A stretch of DNA of 64,000 nt from an uncultured Gammaproteobacteria bacterium (lineage in GTDB: Bacteria > Patescibacteriota > Microgenomatia > UBA12405): assembly GCA_964503465.1 (NCBI GenBank), contig CAZCYZ010000001.1, positions 298,306-362,305 on the forward strand, written 5' to 3'. The notes below the pieces were generated by a model. The model was not told the DNA's origin. It ran no database searches and was given only the letters and a program-made list of their open reading frames with translations. Both the position numbers and the translations under genes were made by a program. Position 1 is the first letter of the stretch. Every line of letters begins with the position of its first letter. Shown one piece after another: positions 7,945-17,839 of the stretch.

Positions 7945-8648
7945 TAATCACTTCTTCTGGCAAAGACCAATAGTCTTTTCCAATCTGTGCCCAACGGCCA
8001 GCAGGTTTGAAGTATCAAAGTTTCTTTGTCTGGTTCAGTGTAGTTTAAATATTCCACCTCCTGGGCCGCCACTACCTTTTTTTGATAAACCCGATAGTTA
8101 TAAACCAATCCTTTGTATTTAATGAAAATAATATCATCATCCTTAAGCTCCCCTAGTAGATAAAAAACTGCGTTTTTCCGAGCCATCCCCACTCCCTGTC
8201 GCGTCGAATGGGCAAATACATAGGTACTTTTCCCCACTCCATTTCCTGGAGGGCTACTTCCCTTGGATTGAGCCACCACCTCATCCTCCAGTACTTTCAG
8301 ATACTCTCCAGGGTCATATGGTGACACCCCTTCGATTACTTTCGACTTAGCCAAAATTTTTGGGATTTCAATTTCATAATTACTATCCATTATTCCTATT
8401 GTCGGGGTTGGATACACCACCATCTCATCACCACCCTGCCGCCTGGTGCTCATTTCATACCTCAAGATTGCCCTTCCTAGCGGGTAATAAAGGTATATAC
8501 CATAAATCATTGCACCCACCATCAAGCTATTTCCTAGGCCAAAAATTACCTTTTTATAACCAGGAGGATTATGGTAAATTACACCACTCTTTTTTACCTT
8601 CACTGACCTTTTTTTAGGCACCACTCTAAAAAAGTCCAACATTACCAT
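7941..8648 (-). CDS. sortase family transpeptidase (membrane-anchored)
   Basis: N-terminal TM helix (VIFGLGNSLMVGAMIYGIYLYY). A His region follows (YVFAHSTRQG). The catalytic TLxTC-type motif is ETLILQTCWP, with a downstream Arg (KRLLVFA). Confidence 0.55.
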   Translation of the reverse strand: MVMLDFFRVVPKKRSVKVKKSGVIYHNPPGYKKVIFGLGNSLMVGAMIYGIYLYYPLGRAILRYEMSTRRQGGDEMVVYPTPTIGIMDSNYEIEIPKILAKSKVIEGVSPYDPGEYLKVLEDEVVAQSKGSSPPGNGVGKSTYVFAHSTRQGVGMARKNAVFYLLGELKDDDIIFIKYKGLVYNYRVYQKKVVAAQEVEYLNYTEPDKETLILQTCWPLGTDWKRLLVFARRSDY

Positions 8649-8920
8649 ATTTTAACCATTTAAATTGACAAAACCAGACCCCTGCCTTAACATATACACT
8701 TGTGGCCACGAATATTAAGCTTTACCAAAGCTTGCAATACCCCCTCTTTATTATGAGGGGCAATTTCCTGGCCACTATTTGCCTCTCTTGCTAAGTTGGG
8801 TCAATTTAAAACCCAATTTTAGCCAAAACATTCGAGAGGTTTTTTTAGTTTTTTGCCCAAAGATACAATCCCGAAAAGATGTAGTCGATATCGGGGTAAT
8901 CATTAGTTTAACCAAACACC

Positions 8921-9385
8921 ATGTGTCCAAAAACACCTATTACCCAAGAAGGTTACGACAAACTGGCTCAGGAACTATTAGAGCTTCAACAAAAACGTGA
9001 TCGTCTTATCACTCAGATTGAGGAGGTTGCCCAACCTGACGAAGCCGGTGAAGACGCTCTAGCCACTCAGCTAAAAGAAGAATTAGAGGTTGTTAACGAC
9101 AAAGTGGCTGATCTCGAGGAAGCTCTGGAAAATCCTCAAATAGTCAACGGATCATCTCGAGTCACCAATCTCGTTCAAATCGGTAATAAAGTCAAAATTA
9201 AAATCTCAGACAACGCCGTTAAGGAGTTTTGCATTGTCAGTCATCTTGAAGCTGATCCAACCCAAAATAAAGTTTCTGATCAGTCCCCCTTAGGGCTAGC
9301 CCTAATTGGCAAAAAAGTCGGCGATTCACTTGAGGTCAATGCTCCAATTGGCAAACTCACCTACAAGATTGTTTCCATCTCATAG
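8921..9385 (+). CDS. greA: transcription elongation factor GreA
   Basis: 154 aa. An N-terminal coiled-coil (TQEGYDKLAQELLELQQKRDRL) and a C-terminal FKBP-like domain (SPLGLALIGKKVGDSLEV). Confidence 0.85.
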   Translation: MCPKTPITQEGYDKLAQELLELQQKRDRLITQIEEVAQPDEAGEDALATQLKEELEVVNDKVADLEEALENPQIVNGSSRVTNLVQIGNKVKIKISDNAVKEFCIVSHLEADPTQNKVSDQSPLGLALIGKKVGDSLEVNAPIGKLTYKIVSIS

Positions 9386-9410
9386 TTGGGTTTGTTTGCT
9401 AGAATAACTC

Positions 9411-11219
9411 ATGTCTGATCTTCGACTGCAACGCCTCAACAAGTTGGCCGGAATCAAATCACTCGGTCTTGATCCCTATCCTCAGCCAGATTTATCCCAC
9501 AAACAATCTTGCCAGGAAGCAAAAAATCTCATTGACCAAACAGTCACTGTCGCCGGACGATTAATGTCTCTCCGTGGACATGGTAAGATCTTGTTTGCCG
9601 ATCTTCTGGATCGCACCGATAAAATTCAGCTTTTCTTCGAGAGCAATTCGCTTCCTCAAATTTTTAATCAAACAAAACTTTTAGATATCGGCGATATTTT
9701 GTCTGTTGTCGGTACTGTCTTCAAAACTCAAGCTGGCGAGGTAACTATTCGAGTGACCCAATTTCAAATTTTAGCCAAAAATATTCGCCCCTTACCCGAA
9801 AAATGGCACGGCTTAACCGATATCGAGGAGCGTTATCGTCAACGTTACCTTGACCTGATCGTTAACCCAGATTCTCGTCAGGTTTTTCTGGCTCGAACCA
9901 AGATTCTCACCACTCTTCGTCAGTTTCTCGATAATCACGGTTTTCTTGAGGTTGAAACTCCCATCCTTCAGCCTGTTTATGGTGGGGCCTCGGCCAAACC
10001 TTTTGTCACCCATCACAATGAGCTTAATCAGGACATGTACCTTCGTATCAGTGACGAGCTTTATCTTAAGCGCCTTATTGTTGGTGGTTTCGAAAAAGTC
10101 TATGAAGTCTCTCGTGATTTCAGAAACGAGAGTGTTTCCCGTTTCCATAACCCGGAGTTTACTCAAGTCGAGTTCTACTGGGCTTACGTTGACTACGAAG
10201 TCCTGATGAAATTTACCGAAGACCTTTTTGTCCACCTCATTAAAACTGTTAAACCATCACTTCAGTTTTCCTTTAATGGTCAGCAACTTGACTTTACTCC
10301 ACCATTTAAGCGCCTTAGCTTTCGGGATGCGATTTTAGAAAAAACAGGTATCGATGTCGACCAAATTCAAACCGAAAAACAATTTTTTGAAAATTTAAAA
10401 ATTGCCAAATTGAAAATTGAGACCGAAGGTCTTTTTGGCCTCGGGGCTCTTTTTGACGCTCTCTACAAAGAACATGTTCGACCATATCTTGTTGGTCCGG
10501 TATTTCTCACCGATTATCTGGCAGAAATGATTCCGCTGGCCAAAAGAAAAGTCAATAATCCCAATAAAATTGCCTCATTTCAGTTGTTAGCCTGTGGCAC
10601 CGAACTCCTTAAAGCCTACAATGAACTTAATGATCCCCAGGATCAAAGAAATCGTTGGCTCGAGGAAGAAGCCCTGGCCAAAAAAGGTAAAGCTGAAGCC
10701 GAACAGTTAGACGAAGACTATATCCGAGCTTTGGAATACGGCATGCCGCCTACGGCTGGTTGGGGTATGGGTATTGACCGCCTCACCCAGTTTTTAACTG
10801 ACACCCCAACTATCAAAGATGCCATTCTTTTTCCCTCAATGAGATCAGAGAAAGCCAACCACGTTTCCACGTCAATCGTCATTAGTCAAGTTTTGGAGAT
10901 CGCCAATCATCCAAATTCCGACAAACTTCACCTGGTTAAAGTTACCGACGGTCAAATCAATTACGATGTTGTCTGTGGCTGCGATAATTACAAGATCGGG
11001 GATCTGGTTGGCCTGGCTCTCCCGGGAACTACAGTTCCCACCCCAGAAGGTAATACCCAAACCATTAGTAAAATCAAACTCCGTGGTGTCGAATCAAACG
11101 GCATGCTCTGCTCCCCCTTAGAACTCGGTGTTTCCACCGACCACACCTGTATCTATATTCTTCCTCAAAAACTCTCCCAGTACCTTGGTCAACCCGTATC
11201 AAAATACCTTACTCGTTAA
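9411..11219 (+). CDS. lysS: lysine--tRNA ligase (class II) fused to a C-terminal tRNA-binding (EMAP/Myf-like) domain
   Basis: N-terminal OB-fold anticodon-binding region. The class II motifs FLEVETPILQ, GGASAKPF and YEVSRDFRNE are present, as is GMPPTAGWGMGIDRL. About 100 extra C-terminal residues (ISQVLEIANHPNSDKLHLVKVTDGQ...GVESNGMLCS) resemble a tRNA_bind domain. Confidence 0.9.
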   Translation: MSDLRLQRLNKLAGIKSLGLDPYPQPDLSHKQSCQEAKNLIDQTVTVAGRLMSLRGHGKILFADLLDRTDKIQLFFESNSLPQIFNQTKLLDIGDILSVVGTVFKTQAGEVTIRVTQFQILAKNIRPLPEKWHGLTDIEERYRQRYLDLIVNPDSRQVFLARTKILTTLRQFLDNHGFLEVETPILQPVYGGASAKPFVTHHNELNQDMYLRISDELYLKRLIVGGFEKVYEVSRDFRNESVSRFHNPEFTQVEFYWAYVDYEVLMKFTEDLFVHLIKTVKPSLQFSFNGQQLDFTPPFKRLSFRDAILEKTGIDVDQIQTEKQFFENLKIAKLKIETEGLFGLGALFDALYKEHVRPYLVGPVFLTDYLAEMIPLAKRKVNNPNKIASFQLLACGTELLKAYNELNDPQDQRNRWLEEEALAKKGKAEAEQLDEDYIRALEYGMPPTAGWGMGIDRLTQFLTDTPTIKDAILFPSMRSEKANHVSTSIVISQVLEIANHPNSDKLHLVKVTDGQINYDVVCGCDNYKIGDLVGLALPGTTVPTPEGNTQTISKIKLRGVESNGMLCSPLELGVSTDHTCIYILPQKLSQYLGQPVSKYLTR

Positions 11220-11466
11220 CTTTGTAGACTACCGCTCCTTCATGACTCGCTTGAGCCAATTTTAGTCCTGCTTCTTGACCAACTCCAATACTATTGACTG
11301 GTAAATGATCAATTTGGAGAGAATCCACTATTTGTTCAAAACCCACACCCTCCTCGCCAATCCTAATGGTGTCACCTACCTTAACCTCTCCCTCACTTAC
11401 AGCCAGCACTCCTACCTGAATTTTGTCAAAATAATGAGTAATTTTTCCTACCTGCGTGTAGTTCAT
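11209..11466 (-). CDS. small EF-Tu domain-2-like beta-barrel protein (85 aa)
   Basis: The sequence GKITHYFDKIQVGVLAVSEGEVKVGDTIRI...GFEQIVDSLQIDHLPVNSI resembles stand-alone elongation-factor domain-2-like proteins. It overlaps the lysS stop by 11 bp on the opposite strand. Confidence 0.35.
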   Translation of the reverse strand: MNYTQVGKITHYFDKIQVGVLAVSEGEVKVGDTIRIGEEGVGFEQIVDSLQIDHLPVNSIGVGQEAGLKLAQASHEGAVVYKVNE

Positions 11467-11480
11467 TTTTATTCTCCAAT

Positions 11481-11519
11481 AAACAATTAATATTAATTGT
11501 TTCTATGCTAATATTAGCA
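11481..11519. promoter_or_regulatory. two perfect palindromes in a 57-bp divergent promoter region (candidate operator)
   Basis: AAACAATTAATATTAATTGTTT (11481-11502, 22 bp) and TGCTAATATTAGCA (11506-11519, 14 bp). They lie between the divergently transcribed 85-aa ORF and the HD-domain gene. Confidence 0.3.
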
Positions 11520-11523
11520 CAAT

Positions 11524-12117
11524 ATGACCTACAATCATCAAAAGTTTTACGATGCTATTAAAGATAATTTAGAAGACAATATTTTCCGTCATTCATTAGC
11601 CCTTGAAGCCTGCATGCTTGGACTCTATGACTATTTCCAACAGAACAATCTGCTTGACTCAAACGAGCCTGGTCGAGAGGAGTGGGGGATTGCTGGTTTG
11701 ATCCATGACATTGACTTCGCTGGTGACACCAAAGAACAACACCCTCTCAAAACTAAGGAAGTATTGGCCAAATATAGTTTAGAGATCTCCGACATTGTTC
11801 ACCGTATTATCCTGGCTCACGATGGACGGCAGGGGATTAACAAAACCACTAAGGCTGAATGGTCGATATTTTGCGCTGATTCTCTCACTGGTTTAATTAT
11901 GGCCGTCGCCTACGTTTATCCATCTCGAAAACTGGCCGATGTCAAAGTTTCATCAGTGGTCAAAAGATTTCTAAAAGAACCAAAGTTTGCCGCTGGTACT
12001 CGACGAAACGAAGTCGCTCAATGTTCCGATTCCGCTGGTTTGAATCTTCCTTTGGAAAAGTTTATTGAAATTTGCCTTAGTTCAATGCAAAAAATTGCTT
12101 CAGAGCTTGGTCTCTGA
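11524..12117 (+). CDS. HD-domain phosphohydrolase
   Basis: 197 aa with an H...HD...D pattern: RHSLALEA, AGLIHDIDFA, and a later ILAHDG. Confidence 0.55.
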   Translation: MTYNHQKFYDAIKDNLEDNIFRHSLALEACMLGLYDYFQQNNLLDSNEPGREEWGIAGLIHDIDFAGDTKEQHPLKTKEVLAKYSLEISDIVHRIILAHDGRQGINKTTKAEWSIFCADSLTGLIMAVAYVYPSRKLADVKVSSVVKRFLKEPKFAAGTRRNEVAQCSDSAGLNLPLEKFIEICLSSMQKIASELGL

Positions 12118-12137
12118 CATGATAAAATACTTCATTC

Positions 12138-13403
12138 ATGCTCGACATCAATGTCATTCGCAACAATTCTGATTTAGTCAAAACTGCTCTGCTCAATCGC
12201 CAAAAAGATCCGTCTCTTCTTGTTCAAGTCACCGAGGCCGATCAAAAATATCGCCAAACTTTAGTTGAGGTTGAGAAACTTCGTGCTGATCAAAACAATC
12301 TCTCTCGTCAAATAAAAGGAAAACCCAGTGACGACCAAATTGCCCAAGGTAAAGCGATTAAAGATCAACTCAAAAAAGTCGAAGAACGATTAAGCCAAGA
12401 ACTTAAGATTCTTAACCAATTTCTTGAAGAGATCCCCAACATCCCCGCATCCGATGTCCCCGTTGGCAAGGATGATTCCGATAATGTCGTCATCAAAACT
12501 GTTGGTGAAATTCCCAAGTTTGACTTTGCCCCCAAGGACCATGTTGATTTGGGCAGACAACTTGACATCTTGGATGTCGATAAAGCTGGTCAACTTTCGG
12601 GTTCTCGTTTTGGTTACTTCAAAGGTCAAGGAGCCGTATTGGAAATGTCTCTTATGTTCTATGCCTTCAAAAAACTAGTTTCCAAAGGATGGCAAGGTAT
12701 GATTCCTCCGGCTATGGTCAAAAGTCAAACTGAATGGGGCTGTGGTTATGCCAGTAACAAAAATCTTTTTAATGCCTACTATTCTGTTCCCGAAGATGAT
12801 TTAGTCTTTATTAGTAGCTCCGAACATGCCGTTGTCCCTTATCATAGCAACGAAATAATTGATCCGCGCCGACTACCAATCAAATATGTTAACTTTTCGC
12901 CCTGTTTTCGTCGTGAAGCAGGGACATATGGTAAAGATACTCGTGGTCTTTTTCGTGTCCATTTTTTCAACAAAGTCGAAATGAATGTTTTTGTTCTCCC
13001 CGACGAAAAACTTTCTGATACCACTTGTTTGGAAATGCTTGCCCTTGAAGAAGAATTGATGCAGGAATTAGGATTACCATATCAAGTAGTTGCCTGTTGT
13101 ACCGGTGATTTGCCTCAACCTAATCGCCGAATGTACGATCTCAATACTTGGTTTCCCGGACAAAATACCTATCGCGAAACCCAGTCTTGTAGTAATTGCA
13201 CCGACTACCAATCCCGACGTCTAAATACCAAAGTAAAAATCAACAACACCAACGAACTTGTTCATATTCTTAATGCTACTCTCATTACCGATCGAGCTGT
13301 TTTGGCCATTATTGAAAACTTTCAAACTAAAGAAGGTTACATTACTATTCCCAAATGTCTTCAGCCGTTCTGCGGCTTTGACATTATCAAACCTGCGTCC
13401 TAA
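12138..13403 (+). CDS. serS: serine--tRNA ligase
   Basis: N-terminal coiled-coil arm. Class II motifs FRREAGTYGKDTRGLFRVHFFNKVEM, and TDYQSRRLN near the C-terminus. Confidence 0.9.
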   Translation: MLDINVIRNNSDLVKTALLNRQKDPSLLVQVTEADQKYRQTLVEVEKLRADQNNLSRQIKGKPSDDQIAQGKAIKDQLKKVEERLSQELKILNQFLEEIPNIPASDVPVGKDDSDNVVIKTVGEIPKFDFAPKDHVDLGRQLDILDVDKAGQLSGSRFGYFKGQGAVLEMSLMFYAFKKLVSKGWQGMIPPAMVKSQTEWGCGYASNKNLFNAYYSVPEDDLVFISSSEHAVVPYHSNEIIDPRRLPIKYVNFSPCFRREAGTYGKDTRGLFRVHFFNKVEMNVFVLPDEKLSDTTCLEMLALEEELMQELGLPYQVVACCTGDLPQPNRRMYDLNTWFPGQNTYRETQSCSNCTDYQSRRLNTKVKINNTNELVHILNATLITDRAVLAIIENFQTKEGYITIPKCLQPFCGFDIIKPAS

Positions 13404-13423
13404 TTTGTAGAGGAGCCATCCTA

Positions 13424-13468
13424 TCCCGATCCCCGACATCGGTCGGGGCATCGGGAGGATTTTTTTTA
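13424..13468 (+). terminator. rho-independent terminator downstream of serS
   Basis: The arm tcccgatccccgac, a 4-nt loop atcg and the arm gtcggggcatcggga (one bulge) form a 14-bp GC-rich stem. It is followed by a run of 8 T residues. Confidence 0.6.
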
Positions 13469-13488
13469 AGCTATACTATATCCTGTCT

Positions 13489-16134
13489 ATGTTTTCTTTT
13501 CTCAAAAACATTTTTGATGACAATCACCGTCGTATCGCCGGATACCAGCCGATTGTTAATAAAATTAACTCTATCGAACCAAGCATTCAGCAATTATCCG
13601 ATTCCGATTTGGCCCAAAAAACCAAATATTTCAAAGACCAGCTCAAGAGCGGTAAGACTTTAGATGAAATACTTCCCGAAGCTTTTGCAGTTGTTCGTGA
13701 AGCTATCAAACGTACTGTTGGCGAGCGGGCCTATGACGTTCAACTTATTGCCGCCATCACTCTCCACCAAGGAGCCATTGCCGAACAAAAAACCGGTGAA
13801 GGCAAAACTCATTCAGTTATTTTCCCTGCTTATCTTAATGCTCTTACTGGCCAAGGTGTCCACATTGTTACTCCCAACGATTATCTCTCTCGGGTTGGAG
13901 CCGGCTGGTATCCCCGGGCTCTAAATTTTTTAGGTATTTCTACTTCCTGCATCATTCACGAGGAATCTTTTATCCTCGACTCTTCTTACACTAATCCCAA
14001 CGAAACAGTCGACAATCGTCTCGCTCACCTTCGGCCGGTGTCTCGACAAGAAGCCTACCGGGCTGATATTACTTATGGCACCAATAATGAATTTGGGTTT
14101 GATTATCTTCGTGACCATATGGTTGGCAATATCGACGACAAGGTCCAGCGTGATCATTACTTTGCTATTGTCGATGAGGTTGATTTTGTTCTCATTGACG
14201 AAGCTAGAACTCCTCTCATTATTTCTTCCCCCAACAACCAACCAGTTGATAAATATTATCGTTTTGCTCAAATTGCGGCTGGGCTTCAACCTACGGACTA
14301 TGTTATTGACGAAAAGGCCCGATCGGCCACCCTTTCTGAGTTTGGTATTCGCAAGGTTGAGAAAATTCTAAACGTTAACAATCTTTACGAGGAATCATTC
14401 GAAACCATCCACTACATCGAAAATGCTATTAAGGCTCAGGCGATGTATCATCGCGACCGTGATTATGTTATCAAAGATAACGAAATAATTATTGTTGATG
14501 AATTTACCGGTCGTTTAATGTATGGTCGCCGTTGGTCAGATGGCCTTCATCAAGCAGTTGAGGCCAAGGAAAATGTCCCAGTTCAACGTGAGTCTCAAAC
14601 TTGGGCCACCATTACTTTTCAAAATTATTTTCGTCTCTATCAAAAACTTGCCGGTATGACCGGCACTGCCGCCACCGAATCCGAAGAGTTCCGAAAAATT
14701 TACCATCTTGATGTTGTTCCTATTCCAACTCACCTATCGGTTAAACGGCAGGATCATCAAGATCTTATTTTTAAAACTCAAAGAGCCAAATATGCCGCCC
14801 TAGCTGCCAAAATCGAAGAACTTCATCATTTAGGCCAACCGGTTTTGGTGGGTACTACTAGCATTGACAAAAACGGCATCATCTCTTCAATGCTTCAAAA
14901 AAAAGGTATTCCTCACCAAGTTCTTAATGCTAAAAATCATCGTACTGAAGCCGAAATTATTGCCAAAGCCGGTGCTAAAGGGGCAGTTACCGTTGCTACC
15001 AACATGGCCGGTCGTGGCGTTGATATTATTTTAGGTGGCCCCAAAGACACTACTCCAGATTGGCCCAAACATCATCAAGAGGTTGTCGATTTGGGTGGAC
15101 TAGCTGTTCTTGGCACCGAGCGACACGAATCACGGCGAATCGACAATCAGCTTCGGGGACGTTCTGGCCGTCAAGGGGATCCTGGTAGCTCTCAATTTTA
15201 TGTTGCCCTTGATGATGACTTAATGAGAATTTTTGGTGGCGAGAAAATTCAAAGCCTTATGACTCGGTTCAATATGCCCGAAGATGAGGCGTTAACCCAC
15301 CCTTTGGTTTCCAAGGTTCTTGAGCAAATTCAAATCAAAGTTGAAGGTTATAACTTTGATGTTCGTAAAAATTTAGTCGAATATGATGATGTTATTAACA
15401 AACAACGCCAAATTGTCTATTCACTCCGTGACAAAACTCTATTAAATAGTCACGACAACCCCCAGCTTAACCATCAGGAGATTTTTAAGCATCTTGCTGA
15501 CGAAGTCAATTCACTTATTTCTCAAAATACCTTCACTAACGGCACTCCATCCGACTGGCAAAAAGTGGTTTTAGAATTTTCCGAAATACTCCCGTTTCCT
15601 GAACCTCATCGTCCCAAACTAATTGCTAAACTTTCTCAGGCCAATGATCCTGGCGATGTTCTAATCAAACTCTTAAATGATCAATGGCAACAACGGCTTG
15701 ATTTTTTTGGGACAGAGATATCCAACAATATTCTTTCTTATGCCATTATTAGTACACTTGACCCCCTTTGGGTAGAACATCTCACTCACCTTGATGATCT
15801 CCGAGAAGGAGTCCGTCTTCGTGGCTATGCCCAAAAAGATCCCCTAGTCGAATACCGCAAAGAAGGTTATGAAATGTTTCAAAGGCTTATGAGTCAATTT
15901 GAATACAATCTCAACCGCAAAATCTTCCGTCTCGAACCGGTTAATAATCCTATTTCTACTCCCGCCAATGTCAACGAAACCCGTGGTCAACTATCAGTTC
16001 CCGGTCAAGAACCTCAGCCCTCTACCACTCCATCAACCCCGGCCGTCTCTAGTTCCACTCTTGGCCGCAACGATCCCTGTTGGTGCGGTTCCGGTAAAAA
16101 ATTTAAAAAATGTCATTACCCAGCCTTATCCTGA
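13489..16134 (+). CDS. secA: preprotein translocase ATPase SecA
   Basis: 881 aa. DEAD-like motor with TGEGKTHSVIFPAYLNALTGQGVHIVTPNDYL and VDEVDFVLIDEARTPLII. C-terminal zinc-binding motif CWCGSGKKFKKCH. Confidence 0.95.
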   Translation: MFSFLKNIFDDNHRRIAGYQPIVNKINSIEPSIQQLSDSDLAQKTKYFKDQLKSGKTLDEILPEAFAVVREAIKRTVGERAYDVQLIAAITLHQGAIAEQKTGEGKTHSVIFPAYLNALTGQGVHIVTPNDYLSRVGAGWYPRALNFLGISTSCIIHEESFILDSSYTNPNETVDNRLAHLRPVSRQEAYRADITYGTNNEFGFDYLRDHMVGNIDDKVQRDHYFAIVDEVDFVLIDEARTPLIISSPNNQPVDKYYRFAQIAAGLQPTDYVIDEKARSATLSEFGIRKVEKILNVNNLYEESFETIHYIENAIKAQAMYHRDRDYVIKDNEIIIVDEFTGRLMYGRRWSDGLHQAVEAKENVPVQRESQTWATITFQNYFRLYQKLAGMTGTAATESEEFRKIYHLDVVPIPTHLSVKRQDHQDLIFKTQRAKYAALAAKIEELHHLGQPVLVGTTSIDKNGIISSMLQKKGIPHQVLNAKNHRTEAEIIAKAGAKGAVTVATNMAGRGVDIILGGPKDTTPDWPKHHQEVVDLGGLAVLGTERHESRRIDNQLRGRSGRQGDPGSSQFYVALDDDLMRIFGGEKIQSLMTRFNMPEDEALTHPLVSKVLEQIQIKVEGYNFDVRKNLVEYDDVINKQRQIVYSLRDKTLLNSHDNPQLNHQEIFKHLADEVNSLISQNTFTNGTPSDWQKVVLEFSEILPFPEPHRPKLIAKLSQANDPGDVLIKLLNDQWQQRLDFFGTEISNNILSYAIISTLDPLWVEHLTHLDDLREGVRLRGYAQKDPLVEYRKEGYEMFQRLMSQFEYNLNRKIFRLEPVNNPISTPANVNETRGQLSVPGQEPQPSTTPSTPAVSSSTLGRNDPCWCGSGKKFKKCHYPALS

Positions 16135-16135
16135 C

Positions 16136-17152
16136 ATGAATTACCAAACTCTCGCCCCAAAGATTCTAAAAGAAATTCATTCTTCTAAAAATATACTTCT
16201 CCATCTCCATCCTTCTCCTGACGCTGATAGCCTAGGAAGTGCTTTAGCTTTTTACTGGTACCTTAAAAGTATCGGTAAAAATCCAACGGTCATTAAAGGT
16301 GACTCCGAATTGCCTAACTATTTATCAGTTTTACCCGGGTTTGACCACATCGTTCCGCAGAACTTCTTTGAGACTAACTTAAAAAGGTTCGACCTTTTTA
16401 TTAGTCTTGATACTTCAGCTCCAAATCAAATATCAAAAATTGACAAAATCATTCTTCCTCTTCCACTTAAAACCATCGTTATCGATCACCATCAAACCAA
16501 CTTTTCCTACGGTCTAGTTAATCTGGTCGATACCACCTCCCCTGCTACTGCTCAAATTGTATATCAACTCTTTAGGTTATGGAAAGTCAAAATGACTCGA
16601 AACGTGGCGGTTAATCTCTTTGTTGGTATTTATCATGACACCGGAGGATTTAAGTACCAAAAGACCACCGCTGATACCTTCATTATTGCGTCAGAACTGG
16701 TCAAACACTGTCCCGACTTTACCCAAATACTATTCGATATTGATAATAGCAACCTTCCCCAGCATCTCTACTTTAAGGGCTTAGCTCTGTCAAACATCAA
16801 AACTTATTTCAATCAAAAATTAGCTGTTTCTGCCATTTCATATAAGGTATTAGAGAAGTTTCAAATCAGCTCTAGCTTCAGCGAAAAAAGTGAAATCTCC
16901 AATATGCTCAAGTCAGTTGTGGGTTGGGACATTGGGGCCACTATTGTCGAAAGATCACCTGGTGTCTGCACTCTAAGTTTAAGAACTCGGGATTCATCCG
17001 TCTATGATCTCTCCAAAGTTGCCTCATCAGTGGGTGAGGGTGGCGGTCATCCTGCCGCCGCTGGCTCGACTATTTATGCCCCAATTAGTAAAGCTGTTAA
17101 GATACTTTTAACAACCGTCCAACAATTACATCCCGATTTAGGCAGTCCTTAA
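16136..17152 (+). CDS. DHH-family phosphoesterase (NrnA-like nanoRNase / pAp phosphatase)
   Basis: The start was set at the ATG at 16136, immediately after the secA stop. DHH motifs are present: HLHPSPDADSLGSALA, SLDTS, DHHQTN. A DHHA1-like C-terminus (GGGHPAAAGST) follows. Confidence 0.75.
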   Translation: MNYQTLAPKILKEIHSSKNILLHLHPSPDADSLGSALAFYWYLKSIGKNPTVIKGDSELPNYLSVLPGFDHIVPQNFFETNLKRFDLFISLDTSAPNQISKIDKIILPLPLKTIVIDHHQTNFSYGLVNLVDTTSPATAQIVYQLFRLWKVKMTRNVAVNLFVGIYHDTGGFKYQKTTADTFIIASELVKHCPDFTQILFDIDNSNLPQHLYFKGLALSNIKTYFNQKLAVSAISYKVLEKFQISSSFSEKSEISNMLKSVVGWDIGATIVERSPGVCTLSLRTRDSSVYDLSKVASSVGEGGGHPAAAGSTIYAPISKAVKILLTTVQQLHPDLGSP

Positions 17153-17153
17153 T

Positions 17154-17561
17154 TTGCTAAAATATTTCATGTCCGATTGTGTTTTTTGTAAGATTGTTGC
17201 GGGGGAATTGCCGTCTTATAAAACCTACGAAGATGATTTGTTCTTGGCCTTTCTCGACATCAAGCCCCTTACTCCCGGTAACTCACTCCTAATCCCCAAA
17301 AAACATTTCCGTTGGGTTACCGATGTCCCGGAATTTGGTAAGTATTGGGAGGTTGCCAAAAAACTTGCCCTCAAAACTCAAACCATTGTCAAATCAGACT
17401 ACACCACCTTTTTAACCTTAGGTATGGAAGTACCCCACGCCCATATCAGAATTATCCCAAGATTTTACAATGATCAACACTCTACTGGGGTCAATCTTGA
17501 CAAAGTTGTTTCTATTTCACCAGGAGAAATGATTAAACTTTCTGCTAAGATAAAATTATGA
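17154..17561 (+). CDS. HIT-family (histidine triad) nucleotide hydrolase
   Basis: CVFCKIVAGELPSYKTYEDDLFLAFLDIKPLTPGNSLLIPKKHF and the histidine triad HAHIRIIP. The true start may be the ATG at 17169. Confidence 0.8.
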   Translation: MLKYFMSDCVFCKIVAGELPSYKTYEDDLFLAFLDIKPLTPGNSLLIPKKHFRWVTDVPEFGKYWEVAKKLALKTQTIVKSDYTTFLTLGMEVPHAHIRIIPRFYNDQHSTGVNLDKVVSISPGEMIKLSAKIKL

Positions 17562-17839
17562 CTCCCGACGAAGAACTAATTATTGAAATTAAAAAGTTAA
17601 ACCAAAAACTAAGTTTTTTAGAAAGCCCACTTAGGAATGCCTGGTACAACTTTATTTCTGGTACTTTTCGCTCATTAGGTAATCTTTTTGGCACTGTCGT
17701 CGTCGCTGCCTTGATTGTCTACCTTTTTTCTCAATTTCGCCTTGGCCAACTCATTACTCAGTGGTTTCAGGGAATGATCGAATCAACCGTCAATCAAATT
17801 TTACCCCAAATTACCCCTTCAAGCCCCTTTGGTATCTGA
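17558..17839 (+). CDS. hypothetical small membrane protein
   Basis: 93 aa with one predicted TM helix (LFGTVVVAALIVYLFSQF). No recognised motif. Confidence 0.3.
   Translation: MTPDEELIIEIKKLNQKLSFLESPLRNAWYNFISGTFRSLGNLFGTVVVAALIVYLFSQFRLGQLITQWFQGMIESTVNQILPQITPSSPFGI

Noticed and set aside
8649-8920. Hairpins (AAGCTTTaccAAAGCTT and CCCCTCtttattatGAGGGG) and a TTGACA-17-TAACAT promoter-like element in the tyrS/sortase-greA intergenic region
   Set aside because: The region lies between divergently transcribed genes, so the hairpins cannot be terminators for either neighbour. The promoter-like match is plausible for greA but too far (about 250 bp) from the start, and too generic, to call.
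15899-16135. Long N-terminal extension of the DHH phosphoesterase ORF starting at 15899
   Set aside because: It would overlap the last 236 bp of secA in another frame. An ATG at 16136, immediately after the secA stop, precedes the conserved DHH N-terminus.
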